The notes below the pieces were generated by a model. The model did not search any database, had not been told where the DNA came from, and saw nothing but the letters and a program-made list of their open reading frames with translations. Of a stretch of DNA of 64,000 nucleotides, positions 28,229 to 38,265 are shown piece by piece. Position numbers and translations under genes: made by a program. The DNA is from Myxococcota bacterium. Lineage in GTDB: Bacteria > Myxococcota_A > UBA9160 > JAFDDA01. The stretch spans positions 1,088,001 to 1,152,000 of the forward strand of contig OZ245817.1 of the NCBI GenBank assembly GCA_965228475.1, written 5' to 3'. The stretch's first letter is position 1; every line of letters starts with the position of its first letter.

Positions 28229-29554
28229 TCAGGCCGCGACCCGCGGGCGGTCGAAGGCCAGGGGCAGCGTCTTCGGTCCGCGGAGGATGCCGCTCTCGAG
28301 GAAGCTCACCTCGCCCGGGGCGCGTCGCAGGTTGCGGAAGCGCGCAAACAACTCCTCGAAGGCAACGCGGCCCTCGAGTCGTGCGAGCGACGCGCCGAGG
28401 CAGTAGTGGATGCCGAAGCCGAAGGCCACGTGCTCCTTCGGATTGCGGCGCAGCTCGAAAGCATCTCCGTTCGGGTACTTGCGCGAGTCGCGGTTCGCGG
28501 ACGCGAACAGCACCATCAGGTTCTCGCCCTCGTAGATCTTGGTTCCCGCGATCTCCGTATCGCGCGTCGCCACGCGCGGCAGCATCTGGATCGGCGATAC
28601 GTAACGGAGCGATTCCTCGACGAGGCCCGGGACGAGGGCCGCGTCGCTCTCGACGGCCGCGAGGTCCTCCGGGTGGTCGAGCAGCAGGTGGACTGCGTTC
28701 CCGATCAGGTTCGTGGTCGTCTCGTTTCCCGCTACGAGCATCAAGATCAGGAACAGGATCAGCTCGTGGAAGTCGAGCTTGCCGTCCTTCTCGTCCTCGA
28801 CCAGAACGCTCAGAAGGTCGTCGGCGGGCTGCGCGCGTCGCTCCTCGATGAGTTCCTCCAGGTAGCGCATGAACTCGAGCATCGTTCCGATGAGCGCGCT
28901 TGGCGGAGCCGCCGCCCCGCCCAGGCTGACACCCTCCACCACCGCGTCCGACCAGCGCTTGAAGTCGGCGAAGCGTTCCTCGGGCACGCCCAGTAGCTCG
29001 GCAATCACGGTCACCGGAAGCGGCACCGCGAAGTCACGCATCAGGTCGATCTCTTCCCGGCCTTCGACGGCATCGAGGCAGTCGCGGGCGATCTCCCGGA
29101 TGCGCGGCTCGAGCGCGGCAATCCGCCTCGGCGTGAAGCCTCGATTCACGAGATGGCGCAGCCGCGTGTGGTCCGGCGGATCGGCACTGATCAGAGCCCG
29201 GCTGGAGAGGAACGCCTGCACCAGCTCGAACATTGGCGCGCGACGACCCAGCGCGCGATGGACCGCGCCCACGGCGCGCGCGACGGCCGTCATGCTGGGA
29301 TGCGACAGCACCCGCAGCGGTCCCCGGTTTACCTTGTCGAGGATTCCGCCGCCCAGGAAGGTCTGCAGTGCGTGCGACGAGAAGAGCTCGGGGCTCGTGA
29401 GCACGTGGTGCACGTCGTCGTAGCGCGAGATGGCCCACGCCTGGGAAGACTCGACGCGAAAGACGGGCGCACGTTCGCGGAGTGCGGCGTAGTAGGGATA
29501 GGGGTCGCGTTGCACGTCGCGACGGAAGGGGTCGTAGTCGAGGAAGTCGGTCAC
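28229..29554 (-). CDS. Cytochrome P450
   Basis: AGNETT, EESLRY, FGFGIHYCLG. Confidence 0.95.
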   Translation of the reverse strand: MTDFLDYDPFRRDVQRDPYPYYAALRERAPVFRVESSQAWAISRYDDVHHVLTSPELFSSHALQTFLGGGILDKVNRGPLRVLSHPSMTAVARAVGAVHRALGRRAPMFELVQAFLSSRALISADPPDHTRLRHLVNRGFTPRRIAALEPRIREIARDCLDAVEGREEIDLMRDFAVPLPVTVIAELLGVPEERFADFKRWSDAVVEGVSLGGAAAPPSALIGTMLEFMRYLEELIEERRAQPADDLLSVLVEDEKDGKLDFHELILFLILMLVAGNETTTNLIGNAVHLLLDHPEDLAAVESDAALVPGLVEESLRYVSPIQMLPRVATRDTEIAGTKIYEGENLMVLFASANRDSRKYPNGDAFELRRNPKEHVAFGFGIHYCLGASLARLEGRVAFEELFARFRNLRRAPGEVSFLESGILRGPKTLPLAFDRPRVAA

Positions 29555-29751
29555 AGGATCCTCCGTTGGCAGGGCGCGCCGGGTTCGGACGCGAGGCTCC
29601 TCATGCGCGCGTGTCGCTCGGGCTCGACGGTGAAGAGGCTGTCGTCGTGAACGGGATCCTCGTCGCGCATCCTGTCGATCACGGCGACCGGAACGGAGGT
29701 GAACTCCTCGCTGAAGTAAGGGTCGGTCGGCGCTTGCTGTGTCGCAGTCAT
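29551..29751 (-). pseudogene. Internally deleted P450 N-terminal remnant (66-aa ORF)
   Basis: DPYFSEEF..P..VI.R.R.EDPVH and SLFTVEPERHARMRSL match two separate segments of the P450 at 36068. Confidence 0.65.
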
Positions 29752-29768
29752 CGTTCTCTCCTGGGCGT

Positions 29769-31043
29769 TCAGGCGGCTTCGTATCGGAGAGGGAGGCTTC
29801 GCGGGCCCCTCAGAAGAAAGGAATCGATGTACTGGGTATCGGTCTCGAGGCGCTCGAGGCGCGTCGCTCGCCCGAGCAGCTCTTCGAACGCGACCTTGGC
29901 TTCGAGCCGGGCGAGTGAGGCACCCAGGCAGAAGTGGATTCCGAAGCCGAACGCGACGTGCCCCTGCGGGTTGCGCCCGACGTCGAATCTCGCTGCTTCG
30001 GGGAACTGCGCGTCGTCACGGTTGGCCGAGGCGAAGAGCGGCAGCACGATCGAGCCCTTCGGGATCTTCGTGCCGGCGACCTCCGTGTCTTCCTTCGCCT
30101 GGCGGAAGAGGGCCTGTACGGGGGAGTCGTAGCGGAGGGCTTCTTCGACGAAGCCCGGGATCAGGGCCGTGTTCGCACGAACCTCGTCCAGCTGATCGGG
30201 ATGCGCCAGCAGCGCCTGGAGGCCATTGCCGATCAAGTTCGTCGTCGTCTCGTTGCCCGCTACCAGGAGAAGCACCGCGAACATGATCACCTCGACGGGG
30301 CTCAGCGTGTCCCCCGCCTCTGCCTGTACGAGCGTGCTGATCAGGTCGTTGGTCGGCTCCTTGCGACGCCGCTCGACGATCTCGTTGAAGTACGCGGTGA
30401 ACTCCGTGAACGTCGCGATCATCTCCTGCGGAGTGGCGGCGCTGCCCGAAGCGCCGGAGACGATCGTGTCGGACCAGCGCTTGAAGTCTGCACGCTTTTC
30501 AGGCTCAACGCCCAGGAGCTCCGCGATGACCTGAACCGGGAGCGGAACGGAGTAGTCGCGAACGAGGTCGAAGGTGCCGGACTCGTCCGCGAGCGTCGCA
30601 TCGAGCAGCTCGCGGGCGATCTCGCGCACGCGTGGCTCCAGAGCCGAGATCCGACGGGGCGTGAATCCGCGGTTCACGATGCTTCGGAGCCGGGCGTGCT
30701 CGGGGGGGTCCGAGGAGATCACCGTCTGCGCCGAGAGGAACATCCCGGGGTCGAAGTCGAGCTGCTCGGCCACCTTCTCGCGCTCGGCTCGGATGTCTTC
30801 GATGTCGAGCGCCATGTTCTGGATGCCACCGGTCATGGCGCTCATCATCATGAGGCGCATGCCGTTGGACGAGAAGGCCTCCGGCTCCTTGAGCACCCGC
30901 ATCACGTCGGCGTACCGGGAGACTGCGTAGAATCCGCTGCTGGGGATCCGATACACGGGCGCCTCTCGACGCATGGCCTCGTAGAGGGGGTAGGGATCCC
31001 GGGTCACATCGGGTGACGTCGGCTCGTAGTGAATGCTCGTCAT
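29769..31043 (-). CDS. Cytochrome P450
   Basis: AGNETT, EEALRY, FGFGIHFCLG. Confidence 0.95.
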   Translation of the reverse strand: MTSIHYEPTSPDVTRDPYPLYEAMRREAPVYRIPSSGFYAVSRYADVMRVLKEPEAFSSNGMRLMMMSAMTGGIQNMALDIEDIRAEREKVAEQLDFDPGMFLSAQTVISSDPPEHARLRSIVNRGFTPRRISALEPRVREIARELLDATLADESGTFDLVRDYSVPLPVQVIAELLGVEPEKRADFKRWSDTIVSGASGSAATPQEMIATFTEFTAYFNEIVERRRKEPTNDLISTLVQAEAGDTLSPVEVIMFAVLLLVAGNETTTNLIGNGLQALLAHPDQLDEVRANTALIPGFVEEALRYDSPVQALFRQAKEDTEVAGTKIPKGSIVLPLFASANRDDAQFPEAARFDVGRNPQGHVAFGFGIHFCLGASLARLEAKVAFEELLGRATRLERLETDTQYIDSFLLRGPRSLPLRYEAA

Positions 31044-31105
31044 CTCGGCCTCCTCAGGCGTCTCGTCGGGAGATGTTCCCCACCCGATGTCGCCATCGAT
31101 GAAAC

Positions 31106-32365
31106 TCAGCGGGGATCGAAGGTCAGCGGCACCGACTTCGGCCCCCGCAGCAGGGTCGACTCCACCATCGGGATCTCGTCGGCCTCGACGCGCAGATTCC
31201 GCGCTCGGCGGAAGAGCTCTTCGAAGGCGACTCGAGCCTCCAGCCGCGCCAGCGCGGCGCCCAGGCAGAAGTGGATGCCGTGGCCGAAGGCCAGGTGGCC
31301 CTGCGGGTTGCGATGGATGTCGAAACGGTCCGGCTGCGGGAACTGGCGCTCGTCCCGGTTGGCAGAGCCGAACAGGACCATCGTGAAGGCGTCCTTCGGG
31401 ATCGTGGCGCCGTCGATCTCGACGTCCTGCGTGACCTTCCTCGGGATGCCCTGGATGGGGGACTCGTAGCGAAGCGTCTCCTCCACCATGCCCGGGATCC
31501 GCGAGGGGTTGGCCTCCACCTCCGCCAGCTGATCAGGGTTGGCAAGGAGCGCCCGCATGGCGTTGCCGATCAGGTTGGTGGTGGTCTCGTTTCCCGCGAT
31601 CAACAGGAGGACGACGAACGACATCACCTCGCCCGTCGTGAGGGCATCCCCCTCCTCGGCCTGAACGAGGATGCTGATGAGGTCGTCGCGCGGGCTCGCG
31701 CGGCGTTCGGCGGCGATGCGCTCGATGTACTCAGCCATCTCCTCCGCCGCCTTCCGCACGTCGTCGGCCGTGAACTCCTGGGAGAGTCCCGAGAGTCCGA
31801 TCACGATGGCGTCCGACCAGTGCTTGAACTGGTCGCGGCGGCCGGCCTCGATGCCGAGGAGCTCCGAGATCACGGTCACCGGGAACGGGATCGAGAGGTC
31901 CGGCACCAGGTCCATCCGCCCGGACGGGACCACCCCGTCGAGGAAGCCGCCGGCGAGCTCTCGGAGCCGCGGCTCCAGCGCAGCGATCCGGCGCGGCGTG
32001 AAGCCCCGGTTCACCAGCTTGCGGAGCCGGGTGTGGTCCGGCGGGTCCACCGCGATCATCATCGCAGCCTCGAGCAGGCGGTGGCCGGCGAGTGCACCGG
32101 AGTTGGGACTCAGACTGATCCCTCCGCCCTGCGCCAGGATCTGGAGCGCCGTCGAGCTGAAGAGCTCCGGGTGGTGCAGGGCGAACTGAACATCGTCGTA
32201 GCGACTCAGGGCGTAGAACGGAAGGCCGGGCATCACCTGATGCACGGGCGACTCGTCGCGCAACGCGCGGTAGTAGGGGAACGGGTCGTTCCGCACCTCG
32301 GGCAGGAGCGGGTTGTAGTCCGCCGGCGTGATCGGCTTCTCGGACGTCGGACTGGCAGTCGCCAT
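31106..32365 (-). CDS. Cytochrome P450
   Basis: AGNETT, EETLRY, FGHGIHFCLG; GGAGGAG RBS before ATG at 32365. Confidence 0.95.
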   Translation of the reverse strand: MATASPTSEKPITPADYNPLLPEVRNDPFPYYRALRDESPVHQVMPGLPFYALSRYDDVQFALHHPELFSSTALQILAQGGGISLSPNSGALAGHRLLEAAMMIAVDPPDHTRLRKLVNRGFTPRRIAALEPRLRELAGGFLDGVVPSGRMDLVPDLSIPFPVTVISELLGIEAGRRDQFKHWSDAIVIGLSGLSQEFTADDVRKAAEEMAEYIERIAAERRASPRDDLISILVQAEEGDALTTGEVMSFVVLLLIAGNETTTNLIGNAMRALLANPDQLAEVEANPSRIPGMVEETLRYESPIQGIPRKVTQDVEIDGATIPKDAFTMVLFGSANRDERQFPQPDRFDIHRNPQGHLAFGHGIHFCLGAALARLEARVAFEELFRRARNLRVEADEIPMVESTLLRGPKSVPLTFDPR

Positions 32366-32382
32366 CGCGTCTCCTCCTGTGG

Positions 32383-33051
32383 CTATGAGGTGAGGTCCCC
32401 GGTCACGCCACCGGCCTTGCGCAGCTGCTCCTCCAGATCGCGTCTGCGTACGCGGCGGCGCTCGCGCAGCGCGTCGGTCTCGCAGAGGCGCTCCAGGACC
32501 TCCCGGCCCCAGGCCACGTGGCGCTGGTGACGACGCACGGCGTCCTCCAGCAGCTCGATGCTCGGCGCGTCGCAGATCTGGTCCGTCTCGCGCGCCGTGC
32601 GCTCGTACACGTCGATCAGGTGCGGCAGGAGCACGTCGAAGGGGCCCACCAGCTTCTCGATCGTGAGGTCCGGGCGCTCGGGCTCGCAAACGGCCTGGAC
32701 GAAGTCCGCGAAGCCCGAGTTGGGCGCCTGGGACGCCTCCACGGCCTTGCGACCACAGCGCAGCTCGGGCAGACGCTTGCCGAAGGCGTCGGCGATCTGC
32801 GCCACCTCCCAGGTGACCTTCCCCAGGCCCGTCTTGACCGGCACCTCGGGGACCGTGGCGAGCCAGCCCCCGAAGGCCATCATCATCCACTCCTCCGCGT
32901 AGCGGAAGTTGCGGAAGCGCCGCGCCGTGGCCTCGACATCGTATCGGCCGTGCAGCTCGCGCAGATCGGCCGGGACGTCGAAGGCCGAGTAGGGCTCGAA
33001 GGTGGTGCGCTGGGTCGGACCGAGGCCGGGGTACATCCGGGGCGCGCTCAT
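32383..33051 (-). CDS. Ferritin-like-fold protein with incomplete metal ligands
   Basis: Helical; YAEEW, WEVAQIAD, RRHQRH; ATGA-coupled to the upstream diiron-type gene. Confidence 0.55.
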   Translation of the reverse strand: MSAPRMYPGLGPTQRTTFEPYSAFDVPADLRELHGRYDVEATARRFRNFRYAEEWMMMAFGGWLATVPEVPVKTGLGKVTWEVAQIADAFGKRLPELRCGRKAVEASQAPNSGFADFVQAVCEPERPDLTIEKLVGPFDVLLPHLIDVYERTARETDQICDAPSIELLEDAVRRHQRHVAWGREVLERLCETDALRERRRVRRRDLEEQLRKAGGVTGDLTS

Positions 33052-33995
33052 GCCGATGCCTCCGCGCGGCGCGCCAGGTGGCGCTCGCGCAGGATCTTCG
33101 CCGCGGCCCGAAGGGTCTCGCGGGAGGGGCCTTCGCCCGAGAGCTGGACCAGCTCCTTCAGCTCCTCCTCGGTGAAGCCCGCCTCCCTGCGGTCTTCCCA
33201 GGCGATCGGGATGGCGGCATCCTCGCGGTCGGAGCGGGACCCGCCGAAGCTGAACTGCTTGTCGACCTCGCGGCGGAACGCCTGGGCCCGCTCGAGCCGC
33301 TCCGGGTCGTCCTTGCAGAACTCCTTCACCCACTCGCTCCCGAAGCGCACGTGCGTGAGCTCGTCGGCCAGCACGTAGTCCACGGCCTGGCGCATGGTCT
33401 CGTCGCCCGTCTTCTCCGCGTAGCGGATCATGTCGCGGAAGACGTCGCAGGCGAGGCCCTCGAGGCCGCGATTCACTCCGGCGACGCGCAGAGCCGGGTC
33501 GTCGCTGCAGGCGGCTTCGAACAGGAACGTCGCCTCGGGGAACATGCCGACGTAGCCGCCCGTGTGCTCGAGGAGCTTCTCGTATATCTGGACGTGGCGA
33601 GCCTCGTCCCAGCACTGGCGGGCCATGTTCATCTTGAACTCCCAGGGCGCCTCCGGAAAGTCCCAGAGCGATCGACCTGCCCCTTCCAGGGCCTGAAGCT
33701 CGCCGACGAAGATCCCGTGCATCCGGATCTGGAGGCGGTTCTTCGCGGCCGGGGCGTCCGGATCGAGGGGCTCGTTGAAGACGATCAGGGCGAAGGCCGG
33801 CCCGTACGCTTCGAAGAGCGCCTCGGCCTCGGTTCCCTGGACGCCCGCCTCGATCACCGGAGCCATGCGGTCGAACGCCTCGACCACGGTGTCCACCTCG
33901 TCGGGGAGTTGAGCCAGGAGCTGCACCATCACGTTGGGTTGACGGATGAATCGGCTGTCTCGTGCCAGCTCGTCGTGCGGAATCAATCGCTTCAT
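33048..33995 (-). CDS. DUF455-like ferritin-like diiron protein
   Basis: GELQALE, WDEARH, LEGLACD, ADELTH: two E..ExxH sets. Confidence 0.75.
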   Translation of the reverse strand: MKRLIPHDELARDSRFIRQPNVMVQLLAQLPDEVDTVVEAFDRMAPVIEAGVQGTEAEALFEAYGPAFALIVFNEPLDPDAPAAKNRLQIRMHGIFVGELQALEGAGRSLWDFPEAPWEFKMNMARQCWDEARHVQIYEKLLEHTGGYVGMFPEATFLFEAACSDDPALRVAGVNRGLEGLACDVFRDMIRYAEKTGDETMRQAVDYVLADELTHVRFGSEWVKEFCKDDPERLERAQAFRREVDKQFSFGGSRSDREDAAIPIAWEDRREAGFTEEELKELVQLSGEGPSRETLRAAAKILRERHLARRAEASA

Positions 33996-34007
33996 GGCTT
34001 TCGCCTC

Positions 34008-35330
34008 CTACCGAACCGCGGCCTCGGCACCGCGACTCCGAAACTCGAGATGGGCGTAGCGGTCGCGTCCCTCGGTCAGGGCCGCCTCGATCGAAGCGCG
34101 AAGGGCGCTGCCGCCGTCCCAGACGTAGCGCTCCCGCTCCACCTCACGAAGATCTCCCAGCGCCACCAGGTCCTGCACCCAGGCGCCGGCTTCGTCGTGG
34201 GCGACGACCAGCCGGAAGGTGCTCCCCTCGACCTTCCAGACTGGCAGGTGGCCGCGCCCGCCCCAGGCGAGGTCCAGCACGCGCATCGGCGTACGCCGAT
34301 GCTCCGCCAGGACCGCTTCGACCAGGGAGAGTCGCTCGCTGAAGATCTCGAGATCTCGCATGGCCATGCGCTTCGGGTTGCGGAAGATGATCTCGTGGCT
34401 GGGGTACGAGATGCACTCGTCCACGTCCTGCCCGAGAAGCCGCCGGCTGGATTCGAGGTAGCGGAGCACCCCGCAGTGCGTCGGCGCGATCCCGGCCAGC
34501 TCTGCGAGGGATCCCGGCGTCACGAGCGAAGTCGTCGCGGGGAGCCACATGTCTCCCGTGATGAGGTGCCGGCCGTCCACCCGGACGCACAGGTGGCCGG
34601 GAATGTGGCCGTCGAAGCGGAACAGCTCGATCCGGCCGCCGGCCACGGCGAGCACGTCGTCGCCGGGGTCGACGAACCGGTCCACCCGGAGGGGCCCCTC
34701 GTCCAGGCTGCCCCAGGGCGCCCGGTCGAAATCCACATCCGACGTCTCCATCAGGCGCAGGTAGTGGGCGCGGATCTCCTCGGTGACCGCGTCGATGTCG
34801 AGCGTGACGTCACAGTCCCGGAAGAACGCCGCCCGGGTGCGAAGGAAGGACTCCCGCCGGCTCACCAGTGGGAACAGGGCCTCGGTGAACGGATGCGTCA
34901 GAATCTCGACATCGCCGTCGAGCGCCTCCACCGCTGCGTGTCCGCCCGCGTGGTCGAAGTGAGCGTGGGTGTAGAGCACGCGGATCGGGCGATCCCGGAG
35001 GTGACATCCCTCCGCTCCGGCGATCTCCTCCAGGACGTGGGGGAAGATCTCCGGCGCCGTCGTCCGGTAGGTGGAATCGACGACGAAGAGGAGATCCGGG
35101 AGCGATACGACGTGACACGCCACCGAGAACGAGCTCGCCCCCACCGGAGCGGCGGACTCCCCGAAGTTGGCGATCAGGTACCGCGAGGTCTCCGTGTCGA
35201 AGCGCTCGAGCACCACCTGGAGAGGGCTGGGAACCCGCCCCCCGGCCCCCGTGAAGCTGCCGGACTCGGCATCGATCCGGTAGATCCGAAGCCCCCCGGC
35301 CCCTTCCGCGACGCGCCGCCACTCGATCAC
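34008..35330 (-). CDS. MBL-fold metallo-hydrolase
   Basis: THAHFDHAGG, GHIPGH, TGD, PSH; GTGA overlap with the tetR stop. Confidence 0.88.
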   Translation of the reverse strand: MIEWRRVAEGAGGLRIYRIDAESGSFTGAGGRVPSPLQVVLERFDTETSRYLIANFGESAAPVGASSFSVACHVVSLPDLLFVVDSTYRTTAPEIFPHVLEEIAGAEGCHLRDRPIRVLYTHAHFDHAGGHAAVEALDGDVEILTHPFTEALFPLVSRRESFLRTRAAFFRDCDVTLDIDAVTEEIRAHYLRLMETSDVDFDRAPWGSLDEGPLRVDRFVDPGDDVLAVAGGRIELFRFDGHIPGHLCVRVDGRHLITGDMWLPATTSLVTPGSLAELAGIAPTHCGVLRYLESSRRLLGQDVDECISYPSHEIIFRNPKRMAMRDLEIFSERLSLVEAVLAEHRRTPMRVLDLAWGGRGHLPVWKVEGSTFRLVVAHDEAGAWVQDLVALGDLREVERERYVWDGGSALRASIEAALTEGRDRYAHLEFRSRGAEAAVR

Positions 35331-35968
35331 CGCGGCGGCTCCTGCTCCCGGCGAACCTCGGCATCCAGCTCGGGCCACCTCTCGGGTCGAAGCAGACCGT
35401 GGAGCAGGAGCCGCTTCACCTCGCGGGTCAATCGGCCGGTGGCGTGTCGCGCCGCCTCGTCGGTATCGAACTCCATCCGGGCCAGCAGAGGCCAGAGGAT
35501 GCCGACGCACATCAGGATGTAGCCGAGCATCTCGGAGTCGACCCCGTCCTGACCGCGATCGCTTTCGGCCAGGCTCCGGATCTCGCCGACGTAGCGGTCC
35601 CAAGCGCCCTGGGGGATCGGGTTCTGGGACAGCATCTGATGGAGGACGAGCCGTCCCACCTCCGGATGCTCCAGGAAGAAGTGCGCCATGCGGTCGATTC
35701 GCTCTCCGATGGGCAGCCGCTCCACCAGCATGGCCGTGACCTCGTCCGCCAGGTCTGCGACGACCGCCCCCACCAGCGCGTCCCGTGTGCGGAAGTGCTG
35801 GTAGGCGGTGGTGCGGTTGATCCCCGCCCGGTGGGCCACGTCCGAGACCGTCAGAGCCTCGGGCCCCCGCTCCGCCATGACCTCCCGGGCGGCGGCCAGA
35901 ATCCGGCGGCGGTTGTCCTGGAAATCGCGGCGTCGGCCTTCGAGCGGGATGGGCTCCGAGGGGCTCAT
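35327..35968 (-). CDS. TetR-family regulator
   Basis: ILAAAREVMAERG..VSDVAHRAGINRTTAYQHF. Confidence 0.9.
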   Translation of the reverse strand: MSPSEPIPLEGRRRDFQDNRRRILAAAREVMAERGPEALTVSDVAHRAGINRTTAYQHFRTRDALVGAVVADLADEVTAMLVERLPIGERIDRMAHFFLEHPEVGRLVLHQMLSQNPIPQGAWDRYVGEIRSLAESDRGQDGVDSEMLGYILMCVGILWPLLARMEFDTDEAARHATGRLTREVKRLLLHGLLRPERWPELDAEVRREQEPPR

Positions 35969-35999
35969 GGGAAGAGGGGATAGCTCGGGCAGGCACAAT

Positions 36000-36017
36000 G
36001 TCAACACAGTTGTTGAC
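36000..36017. promoter_or_regulatory. TetR-type operator between divergent tetR and P450
   Basis: Perfect arms GTCAACA-CAGT-TGTTGAC, each containing a TTGAC -35-like element. Confidence 0.7.
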
Positions 36018-36067
36018 CTTCCGAGACGGTGGAGGTAGCTTCCCTGGCGCTGGGAGGCCCGCATGCC

Positions 36068-37291
36068 ATGAGCCAGACGTCCGCAGCCCCGGTCCTGGAC
36101 CCGCTGCTGTCCGAGGAGTTCCGCCGGGCGCCCCATGAGGTGATCGCACGCCTCCGCGAAGAGGATCCCGTGCACCTGATCCCGGGCGTGAACGCCTGGT
36201 ATGTGACCCGCTACGAGGACGTCCGCCGGCTCTTCACCGACCCGGCCGTCACGAACGACCAGCGCGCCTACGAGCACTACCAGGCCCCGCCCGAGGGCAG
36301 CTACCGGCGCTGGATGGCCGACAACAACCCCTTCTCGGCGGACCCGGAGCAGCACGCGCGGCTCCGCCGACTGGTCTCCGCCGCGCTCACGCCGCGTGCG
36401 GTGCGCCGGATGGAGGACCAGATCGCCGACGTCGTCGGGGAGTTCGCCAGGCCGCTGGGCGGCCGTCGGGGCGTCGTCGATCTCGTCGAGGCGTTCACGG
36501 GCCCGGTGCCCAACACGGTGATCGGGCGCATCACCGGCGTCCCGCCGAAGGGCGACGACGAGGTGCGCTTCCGAGAGATGGCGCGCGAGGTGATCAGCGC
36601 GATCAGCCCCCTGCTGGACGAAGAGGCCCGCGGGCGCGCCGAGTCGTCGATGCTGGAGCTGGCGGAGTACGTGCGCGACCTTGCCGAGCAGCGACGCCAG
36701 GAGCCCCGGGAGGACCTGGTCTCGGACCTCGTACAGACCTACGACGCCGACGACCGCATGACGAACGAGGAGATCGTCATGATGATCGCGGCGCTCGTCG
36801 CCGCGGGCACCGAGACCACGTCCATGGGTGGGACCCTCGGCATCCGCACGCTCCTGCACCACCGCGACCAGCTCGATCTGCTGCGCAGGGACCGCTCGCG
36901 CATCCCGAACGCCGTGATGGAGCTCCTGCGCTACGACTTCGGCGGCGCCGGCCTGCCGCGCTACGCCCTTCGCGATTTCGAGCTGCGCGGCCGCATGATC
37001 GAGAAAGGGCAGCTCCTGCTGCTCTCCTTCATGGGAGCCCACCGCGATCCCCGGGTCTTCCCCGATCCGGACCGCTTCGACGTCGGCCGGGACACCAAGG
37101 ACGTGACCATCTTCGGCCACGGCCCCCACTTCTGTCTCGGCGCCAACCTGGCCAAGACCGAGCTGCGCTGCATGATCGACGCCGCGCTCGACTTCCTGCC
37201 CCCCGACGCAAGGCTCCTCGAGGACGAGATCGAGTGGAGCCAGGTGATGTTCTTCCGGCGGATCGAGAAGCTGCCTGTGCACTTTGGCTGA
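36068..37291 (+). CDS. Cytochrome P450
   Basis: AGTETT, ELLRY, FGHGPHFCLG. Confidence 0.95.
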   Translation: MSQTSAAPVLDPLLSEEFRRAPHEVIARLREEDPVHLIPGVNAWYVTRYEDVRRLFTDPAVTNDQRAYEHYQAPPEGSYRRWMADNNPFSADPEQHARLRRLVSAALTPRAVRRMEDQIADVVGEFARPLGGRRGVVDLVEAFTGPVPNTVIGRITGVPPKGDDEVRFREMAREVISAISPLLDEEARGRAESSMLELAEYVRDLAEQRRQEPREDLVSDLVQTYDADDRMTNEEIVMMIAALVAAGTETTSMGGTLGIRTLLHHRDQLDLLRRDRSRIPNAVMELLRYDFGGAGLPRYALRDFELRGRMIEKGQLLLLSFMGAHRDPRVFPDPDRFDVGRDTKDVTIFGHGPHFCLGANLAKTELRCMIDAALDFLPPDARLLEDEIEWSQVMFFRRIEKLPVHFG

Positions 37292-37665
37292 CGAGGGCCA
37301 CTGAGGCTCGTGCTCGGCGCCGAGCGGCCCGAAGGGTGCCCACCAGGAGCGGTGGCACGTCCACACCCAGAGCGAGGGCACCATGGCGAGCGCGGCAAGG
37401 GGCCCCGCCCGCCACCAGCCGCCGGCCCCGTTCCTTTCTCATGAGAGCGATTCCCCAAGCACGCGGACCAACATCCGGTGGCGACAACAGCGCCCTCCGA
37501 GTGCGCGGTACCGCTGTGGCAATGGGGTCCCCGCGTTGACGATCAATCCTGCTCGGGCGCACGACCCTTGACTCAGGGCCCATTGCCCACCGTCACTCTC
37601 TCCCCGACGATGGTCGGCTGCGGAACCGCGACGCCATCGCAGCCATCCCTCCGTGCTTCCGACCG

Positions 37666-38265
37666 TCGGCCGGGCTCCGCCGCGGATCTTCGGACACAGG
37701 CCCGCGCCCTCGCTCCGCAGACTCCGCTCGTTCACGGCCCTTGCCTTGACCCTTGCTCCGCTTCCGCCCTCCGGCCTGGTCCGGCGCGGCCGGCTCTCCA
37801 GCGCTCGGTGAGAGAGCCGGCCCACAGCGGGCCCAAGAGGACACGGAGGGTCTCATGGCAAGCAGCGATCGCGAGAGCATCCACTTCATCCGCGAGGTCG
37901 CCGTCCGGTACATCGGTCGCTCGACCCGCATCGAGCCCGCCATCCGGCGGCCCGCGGAGGTCGTCGACTTCATGCGCCGTGTGGTGCGGGACGACGCGCG
38001 CGAGCACTTCGTGGCGCTCTACCTCGACGGTCGGCACCGCCCGATCGCGCACCAGATCGTCTCCGTGGGGACCGCCTCCTCTTCGCTCGTGCACCCGCGC
38101 GAGGTGTTCCAGCCGGCCATCCTCGTAGGGGCCTGCGCCACGATCGTCGGCCACAACCACCCCTCCGGTGATCCCTCCCCGAGTCCCGAGGACCGCGAGG
38201 TGACCCGCCGGCTGGCCCAGGCGGGAGCGCTCCTCGGCGTTCCGCTCCTCGACAGCGTCGTCTGG
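37666..38265 (+). repeat. About 600-bp direct repeat, copy 1 (leader copy B plus most of radC)
   Basis: Near-identical to 45768-46367 at an offset of 8102 bp. Confidence 0.9.

Noticed and set aside
29551..29751. Possible RiPP precursor peptide among P450s
   Set aside because: Explained by similarity to P450 N-terminal segments; no aromatic core motif
33078..35522. 814-aa plus-strand ORF
   Set aside because: Antisense shadow of the ferritin-like and MBL genes
37288..37361. Hammerhead-like CTGACGA..GAAG..GTC arrangement
   Set aside because: GAAG instead of GAAA, mismatched stem III base and no convincing stem I; the TGA is the P450 stop
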